Below, in pieces: positions 19,243 through 28,317 of a stretch of DNA of 64,000 nt. Each line of letters starts with the position of its first letter. Within the stretch, counting starts at the first letter, position 1. Under the pieces are notes generated by a model, which was not told where the DNA came from, did not search any database, and worked only from the letters and a program-made list of their open reading frames with translations. This DNA comes from a virus (lineage: Duplodnaviria > Caudoviricetes). Both the position numbers and the translations under genes were made by a program. The stretch lies in the IMG/VR virus record IMGVR_UViG_2597490183_000004, positions 1-64,000 of that record; one strand, given 5' to 3'.

Positions 19243-19472
19243 CCGCGGCCCCCGAGGACATCGCCGCGATGAGGGCCGACGGCGACCTCCTCGACTACAT
19301 CCGGTCCCTCACCGGGCGACCCCCCAAGCAGCGGCAAGCCGAACCCAAGCCCGAACCGAAGCCCTGCTTCCACATCCGCCGCCCCGGCGCCTGGCCCTGC
19401 GGCACCGCCCCAACCGGCCCCACCCCGAAGCCCTGCACCGACTGCCGGCCGCCAGAAAGGACCAGCACATGA
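19239..19472 (+). CDS. phage hypothetical protein
   Basis: Coupled ORF. Confidence 0.6.
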   Translation: MTAAPEDIAAMRADGDLLDYIRSLTGRPPKQRQAEPKPEPKPCFHIRRPGAWPCGTAPTGPTPKPCTDCRPPERTST

Positions 19473-19849
19473 GCCCCCGCCGCAAGCCCACCGTCAACGT
19501 CCACTACCGCGCCGACGGCTGGACGCTCCCCGACTACAGCGACCTCGCGGGCTGCACCCCCAACTACCAGCGCGGCCTGAACGGCGAACCGGCCTGTACC
19601 GGCACCGTCGTGTGGAAGGTCGTCGAGGAGCAGGGGCTGGTCCAGACGTTCCGCTTCTACTGCGACGCCGACCTCCCCGCCCACGTCCGGCCGCAGGTCG
19701 ACAACTGCCCCAACTGCCCGCGGCAGCACGTCCAGCCGGCCGCCGAGTACCGCGGTGACGTCGAGGTCAGCCACCTGTACCGCTGCCCCGCCTGTGGCGT
19801 GACGTGGTCGACGAACCGGGACCTGCGGGCGTATGGGGAGGCTGCGTGA
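19469..19849 (+). CDS. zinc-ribbon phage hypothetical protein
   Basis: CPNC...YRCPACG; coupled. Confidence 0.65.
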   Translation: MSPRRKPTVNVHYRADGWTLPDYSDLAGCTPNYQRGLNGEPACTGTVVWKVVEEQGLVQTFRFYCDADLPAHVRPQVDNCPNCPRQHVQPAAEYRGDVEVSHLYRCPACGVTWSTNRDLRAYGEAA

Positions 19850-20106
19850 TGCCCACGTTGAACCCCGACGACCGGGGGACCGGTCCTGAAACGGGGCGCG
19901 GGCGCGACCTGCCGCCACTGCCCCCGTCGCGACCCAGAAACCGCCCTCTCGCGCCCGAACGGCCCGCCGAAGTCCCGGAGTCCGTCCGACCCCGGGATCG
20001 CCCCACAGGGGCCCGCACGGCCGATCCGGCCGCCGGTGTCGAGCAGATCCCCGGTCAAACCGCCCTAGAACTCCGGCCGATGCAGCCGACCTTGTGGTCC
20101 CTATGA
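19849..20106 (+). CDS. Pro/Arg-rich hypothetical protein ending EQIPGQTALE
   Basis: GGAGG RBS, TGATG overlap. Confidence 0.5.
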   Translation: MPTLNPDDRGTGPETGRGRDLPPLPPSRPRNRPLAPERPAEVPESVRPRDRPTGARTADPAAGVEQIPGQTALELRPMQPTLWSL

Positions 20107-20195
20107 CCGCCGAGCCAAACGCACGACCGGCTGCCCCCGTTGGACCCGGGGGCAGCCGGCCCGCCCACCGTACCTGCACTCACCTGGAGCCCTCG

Positions 20196-20828
20196 ATGAC
20201 CGACACCACCCCCACCCCCGCTGACCGCCCCGCCGACCAACTGCGCGCCGCCGCCGAGAAGCTGCGCAGCATGGACCCGCTGACCGCCGACCGTCTCACC
20301 GGAATCGCCAACCCGGTGGCCTGGTGGCTTGAGTGGCAGGCTGCCGTCCTTGCCGAAGGTCAGACCGCCGCTCTGGACCCTGCCCTGGCGGTGGCCCGGC
20401 AGCTCCTCGGCACCACCGTGGCCGAGCCCGAGTCCGGGTGCGCGCACTGCGGCAGCCCCGACCACGCGTGGGACGACTGCGCGGCCTACACGGCGCTGGT
20501 CCGCGACGACGCCGCCGTCCCGCCCGCGCCTGCCGACCGGGCCGCCGTGCTGCGCGAGGCAGGAGAGCGGTTGCAAGCGCTTGCGAACCGCACGACGGAG
20601 CGAGGCTCAGGCGTCCTCTGGGCGGCCGACTGGCTGCTCCGTCTGGCCGACGACGCTGCCGCCGGGGTGCAGCCGCCCACCACGGCCCGGGACCTGACCG
20701 CCCGGTGGGACGAGGCCACCGGCAAGCCCACCCCGCTCTGCCCCTGCGGATACGTCCCCGTCGCGTGCGACGCCGACCGGGGCTGCACCCCGCCCGCTGC
20801 CCCTGCCGCGCCCGAGGCCACTCCGTGA
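20196..20828 (+). CDS. mosaic phage hypothetical protein
   Basis: GGAG RBS; DRAAVLREA motif. Confidence 0.65.
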   Translation: MTDTTPTPADRPADQLRAAAEKLRSMDPLTADRLTGIANPVAWWLEWQAAVLAEGQTAALDPALAVARQLLGTTVAEPESGCAHCGSPDHAWDDCAAYTALVRDDAAVPPAPADRAAVLREAGERLQALANRTTERGSGVLWAADWLLRLADDAAAGVQPPTTARDLTARWDEATGKPTPLCPCGYVPVACDADRGCTPPAAPAAPEATP

Positions 20829-21055
20829 CCGCCCGCCCGATCGGCGTCGAGGTGTCCTGCGACGGACCCATCGAAGGCGACTGCCCCGACAGCGCCGCGA
20901 TCCTGGCCGGGTACGGGTCCCGCACCGCCCGGCAGGTCCGCGCCGACGGCCGCCGCGACGGGTGGACCACCCGCCGCGCACCCGGACGGCTCCTCGACCT
21001 CTGCCCCACCTGCCGCCACACCCGCACCCGAGCGCCCGAGGAGCCCACACGATGA
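20825..21055 (+). CDS. small Cys-containing phage protein
   Basis: VSCDG...GW...DLCPTC; coupled. Confidence 0.65.
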   Translation: MTARPIGVEVSCDGPIEGDCPDSAAILAGYGSRTARQVRADGRRDGWTTRRAPGRLLDLCPTCRHTRTRAPEEPTR

Positions 21056-21315
21056 CCACGCGGCCCCTGCTCTGCACCAAGTGCGGCGAACCCGTCGGGG
21101 TCACCGAGGAGGTCGTCTGCCGCATCGTCTGGGACGAGGCGGTCATCGATACCGACGGCACTGTCCGCCCCGCCGAGCAGCACATGGAGTTCTGGAAGGG
21201 CGACCCGCACCGCACGCTCGCCGTCTGCGACAACCCCACCTGTCGTCATCGGTGGACGCTGCGCAGGACGTTCGAGCCCGAGGCACCGACCACCCCCGCC
21301 CCTGCTGCCGGGTGA
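21052..21315 (+). CDS. zinc-ribbon hypothetical protein
   Basis: CTKC...CDNPTC. Confidence 0.65.
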   Translation: MTTRPLLCTKCGEPVGVTEEVVCRIVWDEAVIDTDGTVRPAEQHMEFWKGDPHRTLAVCDNPTCRHRWTLRRTFEPEAPTTPAPAAG

Positions 21316-21341
21316 TCCCGGCCCACACCACGGAGACCACC

Positions 21342-21596
21342 ATGACCCAGCTCTCTGCCGCACTGCACCGCGCCGCCGACCTCGCCGAAACCCACTGGAC
21401 GCCGGACCCCACCGGCCCCGGCATCTGCTCCCTGCTCGGCCAGGCCGCACACGGCGACGGGGCCCGTCCCGACGAGACCGACCTGTGGGACGCCGTCGTC
21501 ACCCACCTCAACGAGGAGATGACCGTCGGCTGGGAGCAGCAGCCCGGAAGGACCCGAGCCGACGTCGCGGCGATGCTCCGCGCTGCCGCCGCCTGA
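21342..21596 (+). CDS. phage hypothetical protein
   Basis: GGAG RBS; WEQQPGRTRADVAAMLRAAA. Confidence 0.7.
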   Translation: MTQLSAALHRAADLAETHWTPDPTGPGICSLLGQAAHGDGARPDETDLWDAVVTHLNEEMTVGWEQQPGRTRADVAAMLRAAAA

Positions 21597-21659
21597 CGCC
21601 CCTGCTGTGTGGCCGCCCCGGGTGGGGCGGCCACCCCAACCCGGAAGGACCCGACCGCC

Positions 21660-21896
21660 ATGACCACCTACATCGGCCGCACCGTCACCGTCACCCACCA
21701 CGACCTGATCGTCCCCGCACCACCACCCTGGGGCGCGGCAGCCGCCGAGATCGGCAAAGCCTGGGCCGCCGCCGAGCGGGCCTACCGCAGCGACCACGGA
21801 CTCGACGCCGACACCGCCCTCGCGGACAACGCCCTGACCTTCCACGCCGAGGACGACAACATCGTTATCCGCTGGACCACCGAGGGGGCCCGGTGA
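21660..21896 (+). CDS. phage hypothetical protein
   Basis: GAAGGA RBS, high GC3. Confidence 0.65.
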   Translation: MTTYIGRTVTVTHHDLIVPAPPPWGAAAAEIGKAWAAAERAYRSDHGLDADTALADNALTFHAEDDNIVIRWTTEGAR

Positions 21897-22195
21897 CCGG
21901 CCAGCCGGAGCGGATCGCGCTCGACGACCTCACCAGCGACGCCCTCGACGCCCTGTACGACCGGCTCGAAGCCCTACGCGATCGGCGCACCAAGCGCAGC
22001 CACCTCCTCCAAGAACTCAAGCGCGACAACTTCGCGCTGCGCATGGACATCGTGGCCCTGCTCGAAGGCTTCACCGTGTCTGAAGTCCAGCCCGGAGAGA
22101 TCAGCCGCGCCGCCCGCGCCGAGGCCCCCATAGATCCGAGTGGGGGCCTCCGTCAACCTCCGGCTGCTCAGCGTTTCCCGTACCGAATCTGGTAG
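21893..22195 (+). CDS. phage hypothetical protein (LDDLTSDALDALYDRL)
   Basis: GTGA coupled; the 3' end overlaps the convergent gene. Confidence 0.55.
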   Translation: MTGQPERIALDDLTSDALDALYDRLEALRDRRTKRSHLLQELKRDNFALRMDIVALLEGFTVSEVQPGEISRAARAEAPIDPSGGLRQPPAAQRFPYRIW

Positions 22196-22587
22196 ATCCG
22201 AGCGGTCGTCAAGCCGACGTCCGCCGCAATGTCCAATACGGAGCGGCCAGCCTCGATGTCGGCGCGAATGGCCTGGTCTCTGGCGTTTCTGTTGAGATGG
22301 TCGCCAGTGGCCTGGTGCTTTTGGAGGCTGGTCGCCGTAAACGATGATCCGTTCGGCGTGTGAGGTTCCTGACCATCAAGTTGCGCACGGAGCGCACCCA
22401 GGGCAGCCAGACGCTTCTCAACCGCCGCCAGCGCCCCCAGCGAAGCTGCGGCGCGACGTGCAGCGTCCACCATCGAAGCGTCGCCATGGTCCGCCAGGGA
22501 CCCCAGGTCTTCCTCGACCAGCTCACGCAGGCCCTGTTCGGCTTTCGTGAGGAACGCCAGATGGCCGGGGCTCAAGAAGACATTCAC
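22168..22587 (-). CDS. protein with C-terminal HTH (start uncertain)
   Basis: RDQAIRADIEAGRSVLDIAADVGLTTARIYQIRYG. Confidence 0.55.
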   Translation of the reverse strand: MNVFLSPGHLAFLTKAEQGLRELVEEDLGSLADHGDASMVDAARRAAASLGALAAVEKRLAALGALRAQLDGQEPHTPNGSSFTATSLQKHQATGDHLNRNARDQAIRADIEAGRSVLDIAADVGLTTARIYQIRYGKR

Positions 22588-22764
22588 GCAGAGGGCAACG
22601 AGCATCGCGGGTACCGCGTAACGGCGAAACGCCAGAGCGTGTCCGGTCGACCCCGTGGCGGTGCGGAGCGTGGAGTACCGGGCGCCCGCCCGGGCCGAGG
22701 CTGAGGAGATCGAGGTCCGGACCGACTGACCGGAGCCCACTGTGCGGCCTGAATCTGCCACGCT

Positions 22765-22785
22765 TAGACTCGAACACGTGAGCGA
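22765..22785 (+). promoter_or_regulatory. -10 TAGACT and actinobacterial LexA (SOS) box-like TCGAAC-ACGT-GAGCGA over a leaderless start
   Basis: 10 of 12 positions match TCGAAC-N4-GTTCGA; overlaps GTG 22778. Confidence 0.55.
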
Positions 22786-23074
22786 AGAAATTCCGGATGC
22801 GGTCGAGGAACCACCCTGGAACGAAGGCGACGGGCCAGAACCCGAAATGCACATCTACCCGCGCCTCCGCCGGCCCGGCCTCTACATCCGCCACAAGGGC
22901 AAGTGGCTCCGCGCCACCGTCACCTCCCGCGACACCCACCACGACGGCCACGTCACCTACCACGTCGACATCGCCTTCGAAGGCAAGAGCGGCTACGGCC
23001 GCGCCTACCGGTGGGGACAACCCGGGGTTCGGTACGCCTACGGGCCCGACCAAGGGCAACTACCGGACGACTGA
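22778..23074 (+). CDS. hypothetical protein, probably DNA-damage inducible
   Basis: High GC3 ORF followed by a strong hairpin. Confidence 0.7.
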   Translation: MSEEIPDAVEEPPWNEGDGPEPEMHIYPRLRRPGLYIRHKGKWLRATVTSRDTHHDGHVTYHVDIAFEGKSGYGRAYRWGQPGVRYAYGPDQGQLPDD

Positions 23075-23097
23075 ACCCAGACGCACCGCGGAACGTC

Positions 23098-23130
23098 GAG
23101 GGCCCCCAAGCGTGCCGCTTGGGGGCCCTC
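23098..23130. terminator. 15-bp perfect hairpin between convergent genes
   Basis: GAGGGCCCCCAAGCG-TGC-CGCTTGGGGGCCCTC. Confidence 0.75.
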
Positions 23131-23155
23131 TAGACGTGGTTCAGGGAAGGTAGAT

Positions 23156-23950
23156 CTACAGCTGGGTTGAGACTACGCGCTCACCCTTCGAGGTCAGCTC
23201 CAAACCGACGACGACTTCCTCATCGCCAGGCGAATCCTCTGCGATCGACAGCAAGTTCTTCCTGGCAAGCCCCCGAAGGGCCTCGCCGAGCTCTTCGCTC
23301 CTGGCCGGGTAGCGGGCATGAATGTGACCTTCATGGCCCGACTCGGATGAACCGGAAAGCGCGGCAAAGCCGAGCTCCCCAGCGCCTCGAATGAGGCCTT
23401 CATTGGCATCGACACTCGCCGACAGGACGGCCAGTACGTCGCGCTCTGCCGGCGTCAGGTCCACAGGCTTCGCAGGCCTGCCACTACGCCTGTCCCATCT
23501 CTGCTCGAACGCGGCTACCTGTTCGCGAACGAATACCGGCCCGGACTTGAGGTGTGCTACGGCCGGCGGGAAGTCGGGTCGCTGAGACAGCTGCGTGGCT
23601 CGCTGCCGAACTACGCCGAGCATCTCTGCGATCTCCGAGACGCCGACGAGGTCCGGGACGGGCGGTTCGGCGAGCCTTCGATCGAGTTCCTCTTCGGTGA
23701 CCAGGTCAACTCCGACGACGGTCGTCGGGAGTCCGGCCTTTTTGGCCGCGGCGGTCACTTCCTTGAGTGCGCTGTCGATGGCCTGTCGTGCGGTTCCTGC
23801 TTCGATGAAGATCCGTGCCGACAGGTTTCCGTTCGGTGCTGTGCCGATGGCGGGGCTGTGGTCGATCAGGTGCTCGACCAGCTCCTCGACGAGGTCGTCG
23901 CTGACGTCGTTTACGCCCAACTCGACTTCGATACTCCACGCCTGAGGCAT
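23156..23950 (-). CDS. HicB-like antitoxin with AlpA-type HTH
   Basis: Downstream of the HicA gene; LVGVSEIAEMLGVVRQRATQLSQRPDFPPAV HTH. Confidence 0.6.
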   Translation of the reverse strand: MPQAWSIEVELGVNDVSDDLVEELVEHLIDHSPAIGTAPNGNLSARIFIEAGTARQAIDSALKEVTAAAKKAGLPTTVVGVDLVTEEELDRRLAEPPVPDLVGVSEIAEMLGVVRQRATQLSQRPDFPPAVAHLKSGPVFVREQVAAFEQRWDRRSGRPAKPVDLTPAERDVLAVLSASVDANEGLIRGAGELGFAALSGSSESGHEGHIHARYPARSEELGEALRGLARKNLLSIAEDSPGDEEVVVGLELTSKGERVVSTQL

Positions 23951-24034
23951 TATGTGAACACTCCTTCCAGGTCTTGGCTGGGGGTGTCGGGGGTCCGCCG
24001 GGCTGCATCCCGGCGGACCCTGCTGCTGTTCGGG

Positions 24035-24226
24035 CTAGTCGATGTATCCGGCCCGCTTGAGCTGGGCCTTCACGTTCTTGAGGCTGCGATGGTCGGAGGC
24101 GGTTCCGGGGATCGTCGTGACCCCTACACCGTTCTTCTTCACCATCCAGTGCCCCTTCTTTGTGCGGGTGACCTCGAAGCCCTGGGCTTCCACCTTCTTG
24201 ATGAGGTCTCGCACTTCCTTACTCAA
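24035..24226 (-). CDS. hicA: HicA-family mRNA interferase toxin
   Basis: LIKKVEAQGFEVTRTKKGHWMV...TIPGT; TTG start with GAAGGGGAG RBS. Confidence 0.75.
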   Translation of the reverse strand: MSKEVRDLIKKVEAQGFEVTRTKKGHWMVKKNGVGVTTIPGTASDHRSLKNVKAQLKRAGYID

Positions 24227-24353
24227 TACTACTCCCCTTCCCTTACCACTGTCCACCTTTATTGTAGCACAACCCTAGACGGTGGTAAGAGTTGCAGGTC
24301 ACAGGCCTTTCGGGTGGCGACCGCCTGGAGGGTTGGCGCCGACGGCACAACAA

Positions 24354-24382
24354 AGCCCCCGCCGGCGAACCAAGCGGGGGCT
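24354..24382 (-). terminator. hairpin terminator
   Basis: AGCCCCCGC...GCGGGGGCT followed by a short T run on the minus strand. Confidence 0.55.
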
Positions 24383-24404
24383 CTGCTGTGCCACAGGAGC
24401 GCCG

Positions 24405-24650
24405 TCAGTGCGTCACCGAGTGCAGGGTGTCCTCGTCATGCTCGTAGTGCGCCAACGCCAGGCCGAGCCCGAAGAACGTCGGCGCCCACTCGCCAATGAA
24501 AATCCCCCACCGGTCAGCACGCGCCACCCCCGACGGTTCAACCTTCATCGACCCGCACCACGACGCGATCGACAACCCGATACTGACGAACGCCGCCGTG
24601 TATGCGTGCTCAGACTTGAGGCCCTTGTCGTGCAACATCTTGACGATCAT
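24405..24650 (-). CDS. small two-TM membrane protein
   Basis: AYTAAFVSIGLSIASW...ADRWGIFIGEWAPTFFGLGLAL. Confidence 0.75.
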   Translation of the reverse strand: MIVKMLHDKGLKSEHAYTAAFVSIGLSIASWCGSMKVEPSGVARADRWGIFIGEWAPTFFGLGLALAHYEHDEDTLHSVTH

Positions 24651-24796
24651 GACGCTCCAAGCAGTAGAGGAACGAAGCCTCCACCCAGGCTCACCCCAGA
24701 CCGCGAACCCCGCATCTCGGGCCGCGGACACCCCACCGCGCCCGGTTCACCGGAACCGGTGGACGCCCCGGCGCGAGCCCGGCATCCTCTTGATCC

Positions 24797-25690
24797 ATGC
24801 CGCCCAGTGATCTACCCGACGATGTCGATCAGCCGCCTAGATTCCCCCTCGCTCTGAAAATCCTTGTCGTAGTAATCGCCACAGCGTCGGTAGCGGCTGC
24901 CGCCCTGGCCTTCTGGCGCTTCTGGCCAGACATAACCGACCTGGCTGCCCCAGGCTTGGCGGCTCTCTTGGCCCTTGCAACAGTCATGCGGACAAGACGG
25001 GCCACCGCCCATCAGGCTGCTGCTGTAGGCGCGAGCCGTCAGCGCCTCACACGCGCCGAGGGCGCACTCGCAGACGCCATCCGCCGCGAGTACGCCTCCG
25101 TAGACGTCGTTGGCGGCGGCACACTCGCGCACAGCAGAGAACGGCCAGCCTGGCGAGCCCCGGAAGAAGAACGAGGCCGCGCCCAGCCCACCACCAGTGA
25201 AGCCGGGCGACGCGGCGTCCTTGGTCTCCCTGAGCTCTGGGAAGCCACCCACGCCCGCCTCGACCTGTACCACCAGATCGCCACCGGCCAGGCGAAGACG
25301 TCCTTCCGGAACGCTCAGATCGCCATGGGCGCCGGCTTCCTCCTCCTGGTCCTCTTCGCCGGGATCGCCCTCTGGGCCAGCACCACCGCCGTTGCGATCG
25401 TCGCCGGCGGCCTCGGCGCCGTGTCCGCAGCTCTCGCTGGATACGTCGCCAAGACGTTCATCCGATCCCAGGAAGCCGCCGCCACACACCTCCGGTCCTA
25501 CTTCGACCAACCCCTCGAACTCTCCCGCTACCTCGCCGCGGAACGGCTGGTTGCCGACGGAGACCTCACCCAGGAGCAGCGCGGCGAGATCCTGTCCGCG
25601 CTCGTGCAGGCCATGGTCGCCGGGCCGCAACCGCCCGCACCGCCGCAAGCTGTCGCCGTGGTGCCCGTACCGGGACAGCCAGGGGCGTAG
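24797..25690 (+). CDS. membrane protein with TRADD-N-associated/SLATT-like 2TM domain
   Basis: YHQIATGQAKTSFRNAQIAMGAGF-TM-TM-TFIRSQEAA...YF; family recognised from memory. Confidence 0.6.
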   Translation: MPPSDLPDDVDQPPRFPLALKILVVVIATASVAAAALAFWRFWPDITDLAAPGLAALLALATVMRTRRATAHQAAAVGASRQRLTRAEGALADAIRREYASVDVVGGGTLAHSRERPAWRAPEEERGRAQPTTSEAGRRGVLGLPELWEATHARLDLYHQIATGQAKTSFRNAQIAMGAGFLLLVLFAGIALWASTTAVAIVAGGLGAVSAALAGYVAKTFIRSQEAAATHLRSYFDQPLELSRYLAAERLVADGDLTQEQRGEILSALVQAMVAGPQPPAPPQAVAVVPVPGQPGA

Positions 25691-25703
25691 AGCGCGGGTG
25701 TCG

Positions 25704-26471
25704 CTAGTAGTCCAGGTTCATTGTTGGGATGGTCTGCGACTCTTCATAGTCGAGAAGGGGACGCCCCAACAGTGATCTCCCGCCGTTGCGCCGGACGGCG
25801 AACGGGACGCACTGCAGGGACTTGTAGACCTTGGCTACCTGAATGTGGCCCCCGATAGACGGGTGCCTCTCGGAGTCCACCATGTAGGCCAGGGCCCTCA
25901 TGGGCTCCATGTCGAACGCACCCGGGCGAATCCCGCCCTGCCTCTGCAAGTACTCCACGACGACTGCGCGCGCTTCTCCGACATCATCACCGATGATCGA
26001 CAGTACCTTCTCGCCGTTTCCGTCGCCGCCCCAACCGCGCGCAGGGGCGAAGGTGAACCTGCCGATGCTTGCATCGAAGTGCAGCTTCCAAATCTTGAAC
26101 TCAGCGCTGGTCCAGTCGTATCCCGCCAGCAGGAAGAAGGCGGCTGGGGCCTCTTTCAAGTTGGCCGGAACATCCTTGAGCTGGTCGAGCATCAAGTTGA
26201 TCACGCGGATCAGGTGGCCCTTGAGCTTCGCCAGTGGTTGCCTTCGGGTGAGCGCACCGTGATAGAAGCTGATGGAATTGGCCACCTGAATCATCATCGG
26301 GTAGGCGTAATCCGTCTCGCCTGCGAACGCGATCGCAGCGTCACCCCGCGGCAGCGGAAGGATCTTCGGCGCAGCATCCCAGGCGCCCAACGACCTCAGC
26401 CGGCTGTCGCTCGCGATGACCATCTCCTCGACCCCGCCGACCTTCCTCACCCAAGCCATCGTGAGCGTCAC
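25704..26471 (-). CDS. Ntn-hydrolase / proteasome-beta-subunit-like protein
   Basis: GTG start with GGAAGGGA RBS gives Thr1; ASDSR, K, FAG, LLAGYD, IG and SIGG motifs in proteasome-like order. Confidence 0.6.
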   Translation of the reverse strand: MTLTMAWVRKVGGVEEMVIASDSRLRSLGAWDAAPKILPLPRGDAAIAFAGETDYAYPMMIQVANSISFYHGALTRRQPLAKLKGHLIRVINLMLDQLKDVPANLKEAPAAFFLLAGYDWTSAEFKIWKLHFDASIGRFTFAPARGWGGDGNGEKVLSIIGDDVGEARAVVVEYLQRQGGIRPGAFDMEPMRALAYMVDSERHPSIGGHIQVAKVYKSLQCVPFAVRRNGGRSLLGRPLLDYEESQTIPTMNLDY

Positions 26472-26628
26472 GCAGCATCCCTTCCGAACATCAAGTGCCA
26501 ACCAGGCAAACCTAGCCAGCCCAGCGGCAGTTGGGCAGCCCGATCGCTGAAGACCCCACGACGCCCGCCCGCCGATCTGGAAACGGCCGGGCAGCACTAG
26601 CTGCCCGGCCGAGAGGGAACCGCAGAGA

Positions 26629-27108
26629 TCAGGCGCCCGCCGAGGACCGAACCCCCGCAAGGGCCTCCTCGATCACACCCAGGAACTCGCCCGCCGCATC
26701 CTGCCGCCACGCCGTCGCATACAGGAACGCCTCCGCCAACTCAGCAAACCCGTTCTTCTCACCCGCGGCCCGCTCCAACGCCCGCGCCACCGCATACACC
26801 CGACGCGACACCCGATGCCGCTCCACCACCAGCTCCGCGAACGCCAACACCTCCGCCAAGCTGTGATCCGGCGACGCCTCCAACACCAGGCCGCCACGCT
26901 TGCCCCGGAAGAACGACAACGTCGACTCCGAGTTCGAGGAACTGTTCAGGCGCAGGCTGATGTCGTGCTCCGCAGCGAACGCCCACAGCGTCGCGCCGGC
27001 GTCGGAGGGGGAGGTCGGGGCCGGCGGCGGAGGGGGAACCGGGGCCGACAGGACCGGGGCGGAGGCGGGCGAAGGCACCGACGTGGACGTGGGCGCTACC
27101 ATGCTCAT
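26629..27108 (-). CDS. hypothetical protein with Pro-rich N-terminus
   Basis: AAAGGAG RBS before ATG 27108. Confidence 0.65.
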   Translation of the reverse strand: MSMVAPTSTSVPSPASAPVLSAPVPPPPPAPTSPSDAGATLWAFAAEHDISLRLNSSSNSESTLSFFRGKRGGLVLEASPDHSLAEVLAFAELVVERHRVSRRVYAVARALERAAGEKNGFAELAEAFLYATAWRQDAAGEFLGVIEEALAGVRSSAGA

Positions 27109-27138
27109 GAGTGCTCCTTTGCTAGGGACAGGACTCGC

Positions 27139-27261
27139 GACCAGACGGGTGGTGCCGCTGGTCACAGGCCGGGCGGATGATGACCGCCCGGCCTTTCAAC
27201 GTCCCGGGGTGGTGAACCCCAGGGCCATGCAGCGCCAGCTGGTGAGGCCGACGACGTGGAA
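27139..27261 (-). ncRNA. structured 5' leader or ncRNA candidate (three-way junction plus two hairpins)
   Basis: Complementary segments visible; -10 TAGGTT at 27269-27264. Confidence 0.35.
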
Positions 27262-27797
27262 CGAACCTAGATCAGGCCACAAGATCCGTAAGACGGTGGA
27301 GATCCTGACCGGCCATCTCAACCTGCAACTTTGACAAGTAAAACTTGACCGAACGCGCAGGTCAGGAGGGTTAATTATCCCCCTCGCCGAACCCCTGACC
27401 TCCAGCTTTCGAGACCCTCCGTTGCCTAATTGGATTTCGGTATGTAGCTTCCCGACCCCGCCAAAGCCGACTGGAAAACGACGTCGGCACGCGGCGACAG
27501 CCAGGCACCACCCCAACGCCGGACCCCGAAGTTCGGTACGAGGAAGAGGCTAGACCCGGCCACGGCGAAAGCCGCCCGAGTGGTGCACAAAGCGGCCACC
27601 CCCAGAAGGCGAAACAGCCCACGTTAGCGTAAGCCGATGGACACTTTCCGCAGGTCAGAGACCAGGCGAATGATCCTGCACCCAACCGGGAAACATGAGC
27701 CGAAGCGGACAAGAGCCGCGAAACGAGGGACGGGATAACGTGGCTGGAACTAGGGCCTGTCAGAGGTGTAGGGGTTCACCAACACGCCTCGCCCGGC

Positions 27798-28220
27798 CTA
27801 CTGGGGGAATGGGGGGTAGATCGAGAGGGGGGCCGGCGTCGCCGGCGTCGGCGGGGGCTTCGGCAGCAGTTGCTTCGCTCGGCGGTTGTCTTCGCACTGG
27901 AGTTGGCGGCGGCGATCGCCGTTGTGGTTCCGGTTGTAGATCGGCTGCTCTTCTGTGATTTCGATCTTCTCGATGCGCTCGGCGCTCTTCCGGGTTTCGA
28001 ACCACTCGATCGACTTGTGGGTGACCTCGGGCCACCAGTACTTGTCGCGGGAGTGGGCGTGCCAGCGCTTCTTGGGGTTTGTGGTGATCCCGACGTACAG
28101 CAGGCGGTCGTCAGTGCCGTAGAGGCGGTAGAGCGCGGTGCGCCCAGATCCTCCGGGAGTCTTCTTTCGATCCGGGAGGGCCCGAGGAGGCGGTTGCTCG
28201 GTGCAGCGAGGAGTGCTCAA
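27798..28220 (-). CDS. GIY-YIG nuclease family protein
   Basis: ALYRLY...LLYVGIT...R..H...E...PIYN; TTG start with GAAAGGA RBS. Confidence 0.8.
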   Translation of the reverse strand: MSTPRCTEQPPPRALPDRKKTPGGSGRTALYRLYGTDDRLLYVGITTNPKKRWHAHSRDKYWWPEVTHKSIEWFETRKSAERIEKIEITEEQPIYNRNHNGDRRRQLQCEDNRRAKQLLPKPPPTPATPAPLSIYPPFPQ

Positions 28221-28303
28221 GACGCACTTTCCTTTCGGCGCGCATGGTGACCGGCGCGAGTCACACGGTTGCTCCGTGTTGTCGCGCACCTACCGTGACC
28301 TAT

Positions 28304-28317
28304 CTCCTTCGAAGGAG
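28304..28317. promoter_or_regulatory. operator 1, CTCCTTCGAAGGAG, inside a leftward promoter (TTGACT -35)
   Basis: Perfect 14-bp palindrome identical to 29251 and 29287. Confidence 0.8.
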
